A stretch of DNA of 64,000 nucleotides from Hyphomicrobium sp. (GCA_031402935.1 JANNSR010000076.1:665-64664), one strand, 5' to 3'. Shown: positions 39,300-48,954, numbered from the stretch's first letter. The notes: generated from the letters alone by a model not told the origin. Numbers and translations are program-made.

Positions 39300-41147
39300 T
39301 CAATCGTCGTCATCGTCCTGGCTTTGACGGCGGCGGCGCTCGGCAGCGGCTTGCTCGCGGCGAACCAGGGGCGGAGCGGCCTCGTCCATCTCGCGCTGCA
39401 GGTTGAGAGCCGGATCATTCTCGGCGATGCGTAGGGCCGGCACGCCCGACAACGCCTGCACGACCCGCTTATCGTGGCCGTACATATCGCCGAGGCGGAT
39501 CAGGGTATTGCCGTCGCCCGGAACGAGTGTGAAGTAGACATTGTGGACCGGAATTGGGCGATCCAGTTCGACTTTGTTGTTGGGCTTTTTACGATCCTTC
39601 AGCAATCGCTCGACGTCGCCCGCATCCCAGCCCTTGTCTTCCCCGAGTACGATTTCAGCCAATCGCTTCGGATTGCGGACGCGAATACAGCCGTGGCTGA
39701 ACGTGCGCTCGCCAGCGGTGAACAGCGACCGGGCGTTGGTATCGTGCATGTAAACGTGGTGCTTGTTCGGGAACAGAAACTTTACGTAGCCGAGCGGATT
39801 GCTGTCACCCGCCCGCTGGTAAATGCCGACGTCGCGGATGTCGGTCTTGTCCCAATTGAATCGCTCCGGTTTGAGCTCCCGGCCTGAAAGTCCGATGATG
39901 CGCATATCGCGGCGATCGAGAACGTCAAAGTCGCCCGATTGGAACTTCGGGAGCAGATCGGTGACCTTAATGGAGGGCGGCACACCCCATTCGGGCTGGA
40001 ATACAACAGACTTCATCGTTTCCGAAAAAACCGGCGTTTGCGTATGCGGCTGACCGACGATGATGCGTTCTTCGTGGATGACTTGGCCGTCCTTCACGAC
40101 CCGGGTCATCTGTTCGGTCAAATTGTTCCAAATGTGCAGGCGGCCGAGATCTCGCGGCAGCCAGCGCCAACGCTCCATGTTGGCCTGAATGCGCAACATG
40201 TCATCCTTTGACGGCGGCGGGGGCGGCCGGTTGAACTCGCGCCGGACGCGATCGTCGATGATGCCCCATTTAACGCGGACGCCCGCGCGGTCTAGAAAAT
40301 CGTCAACCGCGTTCGCGAGCTTCTCATCGAATTGCGACTCGAGGCCAGCCACCGCTGGGACCTTCACACGGTTGCGTATGACAGCAACATCCGGATGCCA
40401 TTGCCCGGCTTTGATCGCCGGTCCGTTTGCGAGGATCAGCTTTGGATCGATCGGCTTCGGCGCAGCTATCTCGTTGCGCATGGAAACATAGGCTTGGCGC
40501 AGCCGCTCGAAGGCGTTGGATTTCGGATGCATGTCGCGCAAAGCGGCACCGGCATCCTTGACCGAAATGATATCGATCATCACGGCCGTCGCGTAGACGG
40601 CAGACGTTGGACCGTCCAACCAAAGGCTCAACGAATAGGGTGCGATGCGACCGCCGCGTGCGTGCGACGCGTATTTGACACTCGACCGCGATAAGGCGAT
40701 CTCGGCATCAACGAGAAGCACGGGATCGTGTGTGCCGTCGGCAAGCACGGGGCGCTCGAATTGCGCGGCGTCGAGTCCCCAGTCGCCGGCTCGCGCAAGT
40801 TCGGCGAGTGCGGCTGCCGCGGCGGTGTTAAATCCTTTGGCACCGACCCAGACAGGCGCACCGGAGCGCGAGGCATAAAACGATTTGAGCTGCGCCAGCC
40901 ACGCGCGCTGCTGCACATCCTTGGTCGTTGCAACAAGCCCGGCAAGGCGGCTATCGAGAAATGCGGCGAAGGTCGATGTCAGGCCGCTGGCTTGTAGCAG
41001 CGGCGCATCCGCTACAGAAACCGCTTGCACGGCAGCAGGCTGTCCGGCCCGGCTCGGATGAATAGGCAGAAAAGGCATGGCAACGGCCGCAGCCACCAGC
41101 CAGCGAACAACGCAATACATGGGTTCGAAGTGCCCCTGAACTCTCAA
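39300..41147 (-). CDS. L,D-transpeptidase family protein (YcbB/LdtD-like, with PG-binding region)
   Basis: A YkuD domain with HDTN...SHGCIRV is present. A likely signal peptide appears if the start is ATG 41120 (MYCVVRWLVAAAVA). Confidence 0.8.
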   Translation of the reverse strand: MRVQGHFEPMYCVVRWLVAAAVAMPFLPIHPSRAGQPAAVQAVSVADAPLLQASGLTSTFAAFLDSRLAGLVATTKDVQQRAWLAQLKSFYASRSGAPVWVGAKGFNTAAAAALAELARAGDWGLDAAQFERPVLADGTHDPVLLVDAEIALSRSSVKYASHARGGRIAPYSLSLWLDGPTSAVYATAVMIDIISVKDAGAALRDMHPKSNAFERLRQAYVSMRNEIAAPKPIDPKLILANGPAIKAGQWHPDVAVIRNRVKVPAVAGLESQFDEKLANAVDDFLDRAGVRVKWGIIDDRVRREFNRPPPPPSKDDMLRIQANMERWRWLPRDLGRLHIWNNLTEQMTRVVKDGQVIHEERIIVGQPHTQTPVFSETMKSVVFQPEWGVPPSIKVTDLLPKFQSGDFDVLDRRDMRIIGLSGRELKPERFNWDKTDIRDVGIYQRAGDSNPLGYVKFLFPNKHHVYMHDTNARSLFTAGERTFSHGCIRVRNPKRLAEIVLGEDKGWDAGDVERLLKDRKKPNNKVELDRPIPVHNVYFTLVPGDGNTLIRLGDMYGHDKRVVQALSGVPALRIAENDPALNLQREMDEAAPPLVRREQAAAERRRRQSQDDDDD

Positions 41148-41256
41148 CGGCTTTGATTATCGCACTTTCGCTGGCGTCATGCACGGGGGCTTGAGCGCAT
41201 CTACTCAAAATGGTTGAGAGCGAGGGACTTCGGCAACGGTCACTGCAGACCAAGCG

Positions 41257-43062
41257 TTACTCGGCAGCCTCGCGGCCAAACTGCAAATCGGCGAGCCGGG
41301 CGTAGATGCCGCCCTTGCGCACGAGTTCGGCATGCGTCCCGGCTTCGACAACCCGCCCCTTGTCCATGACGAGGATGCGGTCGGCGCGCTGGACGGTGGC
41401 AAGACGGTGAGCGATGACGATCGTCGTGCGGCCTGCCATTAACCCTTCCAGCGCCCGCTGCACGGCGCCTTCATTCTCGGCGTCGAGCGAGCTGGTGGCT
41501 TCATCGAGCAGAAGGATCGGCGCATTTTTGAGCACCGCGCGGGCAATGGCAATGCGCTGGCGCTGGCCGCCGGAGAGTGTGACGCCGCGTTCGCCAAGTT
41601 TGGTGTCGTAACCTTCAGGGAGCGCACGGATAAACTCATCGGCCTGGGCGGCGGCGGCGGCACGGCGAACTTCGTTCAGTGTAGCGCCCGTCGAGCCGTA
41701 GCGGATGTTTTCAGCAACCGTATCGGCGAACAGCGCTACGTCTTGCGGCACAATGGCGATGCGACCGCGCAAGGCGTCGAGATCGGCGGAGCTGACTGGC
41801 ACGCCATCGACGACGACCGTGCCGCTCGTTGCGTCGTAGAAGCGCAGCAACAAACTGAAGATCGTGCTCTTACCGGCGCCCGAGGCGCCAACGAGGGCAA
41901 CCGTTTCACCGGCGCCGACGCGAAACGACACGCCATCCAGCGCGCTGGTATCCGGCCGGCTCGGGTAGGTGAATACGACATTGTCGAAGGTAACAGTACC
42001 AAGCGGCGGCGCGGGCAAGGGCGTTGGTTTGTCGGGTGAGCGAATTTCGGGAACGGTCGCCATCATCTCGGTCAGCCGTTCGGCAGCGCCGGCAGCTTGG
42101 CTCATTTCACCCCAGACTTCCGAAAGCTCGGCAAGGGCGCCGGCCGCGAACAGAGCGTAGAGAACGAACTGGCCGAGACGCCCACCAGACATCTGGCCGG
42201 CAATCACTTCAGACGCGCCATACCACAGCACACCGGTGACGCTTGCGACGGTCAGGAACACCGCAATGCCGGTCAGCACGGCGCGCGCCATCATGCGCGA
42301 GCGTGCGGCTTCAAATGATTTTTCGACAGCGCGGCGGAAACGCTCGGAAACCGCCTTCTCGAAAACGTAGGCCTGCATCGTGCGATGTGCGCTGAGATTT
42401 TCCGCAGCATAGGCAGAGGCTTCGCCGAGTGTATCCTGGGCCTGACGCGACAGCTTTTGCACGACGCGGCCATAGCCGACGAGCGGCAGAACAATCACCG
42501 GAATGGCAACGAGCACCATGGCCGAGAGTTTGCTGCTGGTGACGAACATCATGACCAAGGCGCCGACCAGCATGATCAGATTGCGCGCGGCCTGGCTGAG
42601 CGCGGCGCCGGCAACCGCTTTGATCTGGGTCGTGTCAGCCGTCAGCCGGCTCATCATTTCGCCGGAGTGGCTGCGATCGAAGAAGGCAGGGCCGAGGTGC
42701 GCGAGGTGCGCGAATGTTTTGGAACGCAGGTCCGCAACAACGCGCTCGCCCAGCCAATTAACGAAGTAGAAGCGGGCTGGGCTGGCGATTGCGATCACGA
42801 GGCCAATGCCGATGAGGGTCAGGAAATAGTTGTCGATCAGAGCGGAATCGCCGCCGCCGAACCCGTGGTCGATCATGCGCCGCACAGCCATCGGCACCGA
42901 CAACATGGCAAGGGCCGAGACGACGAGAGCTGCAAAGGCCGCAGCCAGCATGCCTTTGTGAGCGAGGATCAATGGCTTCAGCGTCATGAGCGGCCGCAAT
43001 GACCGGCGCTTTTTATCCTGCTCGGCGGTGTCTGACGGCGCGGCGATTTGCGGGTCGGGCAT
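41257..43062 (-). CDS. ABC exporter, fused permease-ATPase (ABCB type)
   Basis: A six-TM domain is followed by GASGAGKST, LSGGQRQR and LLLDEATSSLD. The start is set at ATG 43062 (MPDPQIAAP). Confidence 0.8.
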   Translation of the reverse strand: MPDPQIAAPSDTAEQDKKRRSLRPLMTLKPLILAHKGMLAAAFAALVVSALAMLSVPMAVRRMIDHGFGGGDSALIDNYFLTLIGIGLVIAIASPARFYFVNWLGERVVADLRSKTFAHLAHLGPAFFDRSHSGEMMSRLTADTTQIKAVAGAALSQAARNLIMLVGALVMMFVTSSKLSAMVLVAIPVIVLPLVGYGRVVQKLSRQAQDTLGEASAYAAENLSAHRTMQAYVFEKAVSERFRRAVEKSFEAARSRMMARAVLTGIAVFLTVASVTGVLWYGASEVIAGQMSGGRLGQFVLYALFAAGALAELSEVWGEMSQAAGAAERLTEMMATVPEIRSPDKPTPLPAPPLGTVTFDNVVFTYPSRPDTSALDGVSFRVGAGETVALVGASGAGKSTIFSLLLRFYDATSGTVVVDGVPVSSADLDALRGRIAIVPQDVALFADTVAENIRYGSTGATLNEVRRAAAAAQADEFIRALPEGYDTKLGERGVTLSGGQRQRIAIARAVLKNAPILLLDEATSSLDAENEGAVQRALEGLMAGRTTIVIAHRLATVQRADRILVMDKGRVVEAGTHAELVRKGGIYARLADLQFGREAAE

Positions 43063-43412
43063 GTGGCGGTCGCTCACTGGTGCACTGTCACTTTCTTCAG
43101 GTCTCTCATGGCACCACTGGCGCGGCCGTCTCGGGTTCACACGCCGCGCCGCATTGCCGCGCCTCGTTCCTGCTGTACGCCGGTTTGATGCGCGGCGGAC
43201 CATGCATGACCAAATGCGGCGGCTCAAGGGTCTTCGGGTCGCCTGGTAGGGCAGCGTGAGCAACCGGCCTAGGGCGACCGGGCCCGGGCTTGTGCGGCAC
43301 GGCCTTCTCGGCTACATGACGCGCTAATTCTTGGATTCCAAGCGATTTCGGCCCGACAGCTCGGATTGAGAGCCGACGCGGCACTTGGCACCGGTCATAC
43401 AGGGCTCAGACA

Positions 43413-43637
43413 ATGAAAAAAGATAGCGACGTGCACCCCGACTACCACCAGATCCGGGTGGTCATGACGGACGGCACCGAGTTCATGACCTATTCGACCT
43501 ACGGCAAAGAGGGCGACACGCTGACTCTCGACATCGATCCGTCGACACACCCGGCCTGGACCGGCGGCGACACCAAGTTGATGGACCGTGGCGGCCGCCT
43601 GTCGCGCTTCAAAAAGAAGTTCGAAGGTTTTCTGTAA
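43413..43637 (+). CDS. rpmE: 50S ribosomal protein L31
   Basis: [24 protein letters not shown]...THPAWTGG...[10 protein letters not shown]. This is the Cys-less form common in alphaproteobacteria. Confidence 0.9.
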   Translation: MKKDSDVHPDYHQIRVVMTDGTEFMTYSTYGKEGDTLTLDIDPSTHPAWTGGDTKLMDRGGRLSRFKKKFEGFL

Positions 43638-43665
43638 GTCGTACTTGTTGCGGCGTTACGACACG

Positions 43666-43696
43666 AAAAAAGGCCTGGTCTTACCGGGCCTTTTTT
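43666..43696. terminator. bidirectional intrinsic terminator between rpmE and the DUF1465 gene
   Basis: An A6 run, AGGCCTGGT-CTT-ACCGGGCCT (a 9-bp stem with one G.T pair) and a T6 run. The flanking runs are U-rich on both strands. Confidence 0.75.
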
Positions 43697-43725
43697 GATT
43701 CACAAATCGACGCTCGCCGCTGCGC

Positions 43726-44286
43726 TTAACTCAATTTGTTTGCGAAGGCACGCTGCAGAATTCCCATCTGCTGAGCGACGGGATTGGCTTGCGGCTCGGA
43801 CACAGCATCGGGATCTTGCGCGGTGGTCATGGCGCGATCGAGCTGGCAAATGCGGTCGTGCAGCGCGAAGCTCTCTTCAATGAGGCCTTTCAGGCCATCT
43901 GGAAGTTCGGCGAAACCTTTGACGTGGGCGGGACGGCCGAAGGCCTGCAGCTTAACGCGGCGGCGCTTTTTCGCAGCTTCATCTTCACCGATCTCGCCTT
44001 CTTTCAAAGCCCGGCGGATCAACAACCAGGATGCGAGATCGAGCAGACGTGTCGTGAGGCGCATGCTCTCAGTTGCATACAGAACACCGGCGCCGCCCGT
44101 CAGAACCTTGGCTTCCTTGCGCCCCGGACCATCGAGATACGCGGCCGTGCGCTCGACAAGGGCCATTCCGCCCTTGAAAATATGATCGAACTGCTCGGAC
44201 GATTGGAACCGCTCTCCGAAGGAGACGGTGGTGGCGCCGCTGTGGTGCGCGCCTTCAACCCGAAAACTATTACTCATGACCCTCAA
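43726..44286 (-). CDS. DUF1465 family protein (RcdA-like)
   Basis: A 186-aa protein with FDHIFKGGMALVERTAAYLDG...ESMRLTTRLLDLASWLLIRRA, which matches my recollection of DUF1465, the family that includes Caulobacter RcdA. Confidence 0.6.
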   Translation of the reverse strand: MRVMSNSFRVEGAHHSGATTVSFGERFQSSEQFDHIFKGGMALVERTAAYLDGPGRKEAKVLTGGAGVLYATESMRLTTRLLDLASWLLIRRALKEGEIGEDEAAKKRRRVKLQAFGRPAHVKGFAELPDGLKGLIEESFALHDRICQLDRAMTTAQDPDAVSEPQANPVAQQMGILQRAFANKLS

Positions 44287-44397
44287 CGCTACAAACGTTT
44301 ACCCGATAGACACCAATACCACGACCCGACCGTAGTGCACCATAGTTAACAAGAAGGCCCAAAACGGGGCGGGACGTGGCTCAGCTGTGGACAATGC

Positions 44398-44429
44398 AAA
44401 AAAAGAGCCGCCCTTTTTCGGGGCGGCTC
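44398..44429 (-). terminator. strong intrinsic terminator (minus strand)
   Basis: On the minus-strand RNA this reads GAGCCGCCC-CGAAAAA-GGGCGGCUC followed by U7 (the plus-strand A-run at 44398-44404). Confidence 0.8.
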
Positions 44430-44647
44430 GAAAGTCAACAGGGAGGCGTCAAACGGAGCGACAGTAACGTCTCTCCGCTTCCAGAGGACTGGATGCCGAG
44501 CAAGATGAACGATCGTGCTTAAAAAAGCGTGAACCGCGAGGAGGTTTGGCCGCACGTTGCGTTAAGTTTTGCCGTCAAACGGGATGCGTGTAACGCCCTG
44601 CATTTGCGCACGGCATTTCGAATTTGCAGACCCGCGCTTATGTTTGA
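44398..44647 (-). ncRNA. candidate sRNA(s) or structured 3' UTR with anti-Shine-Dalgarno loops
   Basis: There is no credible ORF in this stretch. The minus-strand hairpins at 44521-44556 (loop AAACCUCCUCGC, then U6), 44453-44478 and 44435-44452 (loop GCCUCCCU) are followed by the terminator at 44398-44429. The family is not identified. Confidence 0.35.
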
Positions 44648-44833
44648 CTAGGATTTAAAAATGGCCGCCGCGGCGGCTTCGTGCGCCCGCTTGCGCGCGA
44701 GTTCTTGACGGATGCGCTCGATCTCGGCTTCGAAAATTCCGATGGGGGCTTCGAGTTCGCCGACGGACAGGGTCGCGAGGCTATCTCCTGCGGCGGCGGC
44801 AGGCCCCTTTGGTCTCACCTCGTCCCAGTCCAT
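44648..44833 (-). CDS. DUF1192 domain protein
   Basis: A 61-aa protein (MDWDEVRPKG...LSVGELEAPIGIFEAEIERIRQELARKRAHEAAAAAIFKS), which is the coiled-coil DUF1192 pattern. The start is at ATG 44833. Confidence 0.6.
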   Translation of the reverse strand: MDWDEVRPKGPAAAAGDSLATLSVGELEAPIGIFEAEIERIRQELARKRAHEAAAAAIFKS

Positions 44834-44937
44834 GGCGGTCTCCGGCAGAACGCAAAAAGTCAGGCGTGAGCGGTCATCTTGCCGCCGCAACGCAACTGGT
44901 GCAACTGTCGGATCAAACCTGCTGAGAAAGTGGCCCG

Positions 44938-45939
44938 ATGACAGCACTGCCAGTAACGATGACGGCGATCGCAATCACCGGCAAGGGCGGACCAGACGTG
45001 CTGCAACCGCGCGAGATGGCGGTGCCGAAGCCGGGAGCGGGTGAAATTCTGATCGAGGTCGCGGCCAGCGGCGTCAACCGGCCCGACATTTTGCAGCGCA
45101 AGGGGCTCTATCCAGCGCCGAAGGGCCACTCCGAGTTGCCGGGCCTCGAAGTTTCGGGCCATGTCGCGGCGCGAGGCGATGGTTGCACGCGATTTGAGGT
45201 TGGTGACGCGGTGATGGCACTCGTCAACGGCGGCGGATATGCCGCCTATTGTCTGGCTGCCGAAGGATCGGTTTTGAGCAAGCCAGCAAATCTTTCGTTC
45301 GTGGAAGCGGCAGCGATCCCGGAGACTTTTTTCACCGTCTGGCACAACGTGTTCGAACGCGGCGGCCTGAAGAAAGGTGAAAAGTTTCTCATTCACGGCG
45401 GCACCAGCGGCATCGGCGTGACCGCAATCCAACTCGCCAAGGCTATCGGTGCGGACATTTTTGCAACCGCCGGATCGGACGAAAAATGTGCGGCCTGTGT
45501 TGCGCTTGGTGCGACGCGCGCCATCAATTATCAGCGAGAAGATTTCGCCGAGGTTATCAAGACCAGCACAGCTGGCCGGGGCGTCGATGTGATCCTTGAT
45601 ATGGTTGGCGGCGACTACATAGATCGCAACATCAAGTCGCTCGCCGATGACGGGCGGCTGGTCAATATCGCTTATCAAACTGGTTCGACTGCGACGATCG
45701 ATTTCATGCGTGTCATGCTGAAACGATTGACGATTACCGGATCGACGCTGCGCGTCCGGCCGCCAGAGGTCAAGGCACGGATCGCGCGCGCCGTTGCAAC
45801 AGAGGTCCTGCCGCTGATCGCGGCTGGGCAGATCAAGATTCCCATCGACAGCACGTTCCCGATTCGCCAAGTGGCGGACGCGCACGCGCGCATGGAAAGT
45901 AGCGCGCATATCGGCAAGATCGTCCTGAGGGTCGAATAG
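44938..45939 (+). CDS. NAD(P)H:quinone oxidoreductase (MDR superfamily, PIG3-like)
   Basis: GVNRPDILQRKGLYPAP and an IHGGTSGIGVTAIQLAK Rossmann motif are present. Confidence 0.85.
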   Translation: MTALPVTMTAIAITGKGGPDVLQPREMAVPKPGAGEILIEVAASGVNRPDILQRKGLYPAPKGHSELPGLEVSGHVAARGDGCTRFEVGDAVMALVNGGGYAAYCLAAEGSVLSKPANLSFVEAAAIPETFFTVWHNVFERGGLKKGEKFLIHGGTSGIGVTAIQLAKAIGADIFATAGSDEKCAACVALGATRAINYQREDFAEVIKTSTAGRGVDVILDMVGGDYIDRNIKSLADDGRLVNIAYQTGSTATIDFMRVMLKRLTITGSTLRVRPPEVKARIARAVATEVLPLIAAGQIKIPIDSTFPIRQVADAHARMESSAHIGKIVLRVE

Positions 45940-45943
45940 GCTG

Positions 45944-46795
45944 CTACCAAGCAAGGCCGCGCATGGCGGCAACAGGTTTGACAGAAGCGTCCGCGAATAG
46001 CCCATCGAGAGATGCCGCGAGATCACCGGACGCTGGGCCATGCAGCCCGCTAGCGATGAACACGGACCGGATGCCGGCGCGCGACGCCCCCTCGATGTCG
46101 GTCGCAATGCCGTCGCCGATGGCCAACACGCGGCTCTTTTCAACGGCAAAGCTGCAAAGTGACGACGCGAGATCAAATGCAGCCACGTAGATCGGCGCGA
46201 ACGGCTTACCGGCGTAGCTCACATTCCCGCCGAGAGCTTCATAGGCAGCCGCAATGGCGCCGGCGCAGTAGATGGTGCGGCCGCCGCGCAGAACGGTTTT
46301 ATCGGGATTGGCGCAGATCATTGGAATGCTTCGCTGACGGAGGGCCGCAAGAATTCCGCGATAGTCCGCCGGTGTTTCACGCTCGTCGTCGAGTAGCCCG
46401 GTGCAGACGGCACATGCGGCTTGGCCGGCTTCCACGAGGGTCACGCCAAGGCCTACGAAAATCGCACGATCGCGCTCGGGGCCGATGTGGAGGATGGTTT
46501 TGCCCGGCCAGCCTGCAATTAACGAGCGCGAAACATCGCCAGAGGTGATGATGCCGTCGTAGGCGGCGCGTGCAACGCCGATAGAATCGAGTTGCGCTTG
46601 AACGCCAGCAGTCAGACGTGGCGAATTCGAAACCAGGATGACGCGGCCACTAGATTTCCGGAATGTTTCGCAGGCTTGAATGGCTGGCGCGAACGGCGCG
46701 ACGCCGTTGTGCATCACGCCCCAAATATCGACGAACCAGACGCCGGTGCTGGACGCCAATGGCGCGATCGAGTCAATGCAGACAATATCGGTCAT
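45944..46795 (-). CDS. HAD-superfamily subfamily IIA hydrolase (TIGR01459-like)
   Basis: FVDIWGVMHNG (the DxWGV motif I), LVSNSPR and a C-terminal GDG..TD motif are present. Confidence 0.75.
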   Translation of the reverse strand: MTDIVCIDSIAPLASSTGVWFVDIWGVMHNGVAPFAPAIQACETFRKSSGRVILVSNSPRLTAGVQAQLDSIGVARAAYDGIITSGDVSRSLIAGWPGKTILHIGPERDRAIFVGLGVTLVEAGQAACAVCTGLLDDERETPADYRGILAALRQRSIPMICANPDKTVLRGGRTIYCAGAIAAAYEALGGNVSYAGKPFAPIYVAAFDLASSLCSFAVEKSRVLAIGDGIATDIEGASRAGIRSVFIASGLHGPASGDLAASLDGLFADASVKPVAAMRGLAW

Positions 46796-46908
46796 GGTGC
46801 ATGAAGTTTTTCAACCGCGGCGCTCGCGGCAGCCGCATCCGGCGCTATAGGCCACGAGCTTGCCGTTGTCACGAGCGGGTAATCGACGTTCGACGACGGG
46901 TGTAACGG

Positions 46909-48954
46909 TCAAGCGGCGGCTGGCTGGCCGCCCGTCACCGGAACATCGACGCTGACCTGCCGGGCGCCGCCAAACAATTGCCCCTGCCCGAATAACACGC
47001 CAAAGCCGAAGACGCGGGCACGGACGGCCTCGTCATCGATCTGGCCGGCAACAAGTGTCAGGCCGGAGCCAGCGATGTGACGGCAGATTTCGGACGCAGG
47101 AATGAAGCGATCGCGCGACGGCATGCCGTTGAGCATTGCGTCGGTGCTGAGCTTGACGAAGGTAAAACCGCGGCGCGCTAGAAGCGCAAAATCGGTTGAA
47201 AGATGATCGACGGCATCGAGCGCGAAGCGGAAGCCGAAGGCATGCATGTCGCTCAGGGCTTGCCATGCGGATGGCGAAAACTGTTCGGTATCGGCCTGTG
47301 TGAACGTCAGAACGAGCTGGCTCGAGATGCCTTCACGTTCCTCAAAAACGCGGGCGAATGTTTCGAGGTACTGCGCATTCGTAATCGACGGACCAGCAAC
47401 AGGAGATAGCAGAGAGCCGCCTTTGCGGCGGGCATCGAGCCGGGCGGCCAGCGCGGACGCCCTGAGGAGCTTTGCTGTGTCGAATAGTGCCAGCAAATCA
47501 TGACTAGCGACCAGGAGATCGACTTCAGGCCTGTCGATCGCCTCGCCTGTTACCGAAGACAGCCGGAACGACAAGTCATAATGGCTGACCTCATGGGTTG
47601 CGAGCCCGACGATTGGCGACAAGCGGACCTCGATGCGTCCAGCTTCAATGGCGCTCGCTATGGCAGCTCTTCGCGCTGCCTGCCGCGGCGGGTCGGATTC
47701 AAAAGCGACCGGTGCCCGTTCCGGCACGAAAGAGGCCATCGGCGCCCCGGACGGCAAACTGGCAACCGCTTCTGCCGCAGCCGGTGCCGGATCACGCGTT
47801 GCAATGATCGGACGGGAAACGGCAATTCGCTCGGCTGAAGCCGGAATCGGCAGGTCGCCAAGCAGCAGCGGACGCGATGCCTGCGTAACAGGCGTTATTG
47901 CAGACGGATCGCGCATCGCGCCGGCCGTGACTTTGAGGGCTTCGATCGATTGATCGAGTACTGAAGCGGCGCTGCGCGCAGGGGCGTTGGCGAAATCCAC
48001 CCGCTTCAAGGCATCTGCCGCGTTGACCTCATCGGCCAGAGCCTTGATTTTGCGCTGAACAATCGCAAGGTCGGAATCAATTGACGACGGCGGGGGGGTG
48101 GCCTGCGAGCGGTGCGCGACCTGAAACGCGACCCCCGCATTGACCATCGGCGCCGGAGTAGTTGCTATGCTTGGCGCCAGTGTCGCCGTAGCATCACGCG
48201 GCCGGAACGCCCACTGGTCACGCATGGCATCGGGCGTAACGAGAGACGTCCCGGGCCACAGCGCCGCATCGACCGGCACGGCGAGCGCGTTCGCGGCCAG
48301 CTCAGATTGGGAGCCCGCGCCAGCAATCAAACTGGCGGGACGGGTCCGTCCACCTTGACCTGTAGCCGCCGCCCGGGCGCCGTTGGCGGCGTACGGTGCT
48401 TGGCTTGCAAGCGGCTGTTCCCAGCGCGGATGCGGTTCAAGAGGGCTGTTTTGGAGGACGCCTGTGGGGGTCATCGAAGCCGGATTGCTCAGTGGTTGTG
48501 CATAGGCTCCTGGCTTATTGTGTGGAGCAGACTCGACGCCCTGTTTTACGGCATTGGCCACGACCAAGGCGCTTGCACGGTCTTGTTCGATCCGCGCAAT
48601 TTCGGATTTCAACCGTGCAATTTCAGCCGTCTTTTGAACCTGAGCATGAAGCGCCAGGCTGCCGGCAAGAACCGTAATGCCAGAGACGAGTGCCTCACCG
48701 GCTGTCCACTCGAATTGAACGTAGGCTAGCGCCGCAAGCGCCGCGGAGAGTGCAAGCATGCACGGAACGACGATGCGATCGATGGACACTGCCGTTTGGG
48801 ACTTTCGCCCTTTCTCAGGGACAGCTGCAGCAACCGCGCTACTGGCGCTGGCCTGGTTTCCCGGCAGGTTTCCGGCCGGGTCAGCCGGCTGAGGCACGGC
48901 CTGATTTCGGTTGCGCCCGTCAGCCGGCGCATGGGGAGGATTCAATACCGTCAT
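46909..48954 (-). CDS. membrane-anchored coiled-coil protein with degenerate EAL-like C-terminal domain
   Basis: The N-terminal TM region (VPCMLALSAALAALAYV...ITVLAGSLAL) is followed by a coiled coil, a long low-complexity Pro/Ala linker and a C-terminal roughly 250 aa of EAL-like fold ending in GFGVLFGQGQLFG. The start is ATG 48954 or 49011. Confidence 0.6.
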   Translation of the reverse strand: MTVLNPPHAPADGRNRNQAVPQPADPAGNLPGNQASASSAVAAAVPEKGRKSQTAVSIDRIVVPCMLALSAALAALAYVQFEWTAGEALVSGITVLAGSLALHAQVQKTAEIARLKSEIARIEQDRASALVVANAVKQGVESAPHNKPGAYAQPLSNPASMTPTGVLQNSPLEPHPRWEQPLASQAPYAANGARAAATGQGGRTRPASLIAGAGSQSELAANALAVPVDAALWPGTSLVTPDAMRDQWAFRPRDATATLAPSIATTPAPMVNAGVAFQVAHRSQATPPPSSIDSDLAIVQRKIKALADEVNAADALKRVDFANAPARSAASVLDQSIEALKVTAGAMRDPSAITPVTQASRPLLLGDLPIPASAERIAVSRPIIATRDPAPAAAEAVASLPSGAPMASFVPERAPVAFESDPPRQAARRAAIASAIEAGRIEVRLSPIVGLATHEVSHYDLSFRLSSVTGEAIDRPEVDLLVASHDLLALFDTAKLLRASALAARLDARRKGGSLLSPVAGPSITNAQYLETFARVFEEREGISSQLVLTFTQADTEQFSPSAWQALSDMHAFGFRFALDAVDHLSTDFALLARRGFTFVKLSTDAMLNGMPSRDRFIPASEICRHIAGSGLTLVAGQIDDEAVRARVFGFGVLFGQGQLFGGARQVSVDVPVTGGQPAAA

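Noticed and set aside
44346-44555. A 69-aa minus-strand ORF in the DUF1465/DUF1192 intergenic region.
   Set aside because: It spans two terminator-like hairpins, has no RBS and has an implausible composition. The region is better explained as structured RNA.
44860-46176. A 438-aa ORF on the minus strand overlapping the quinone oxidoreductase gene.
   Set aside because: It is in the same triplet register as, and antisense to, a well-supported MDR oxidoreductase. The sequence is Arg-rich with no motifs.
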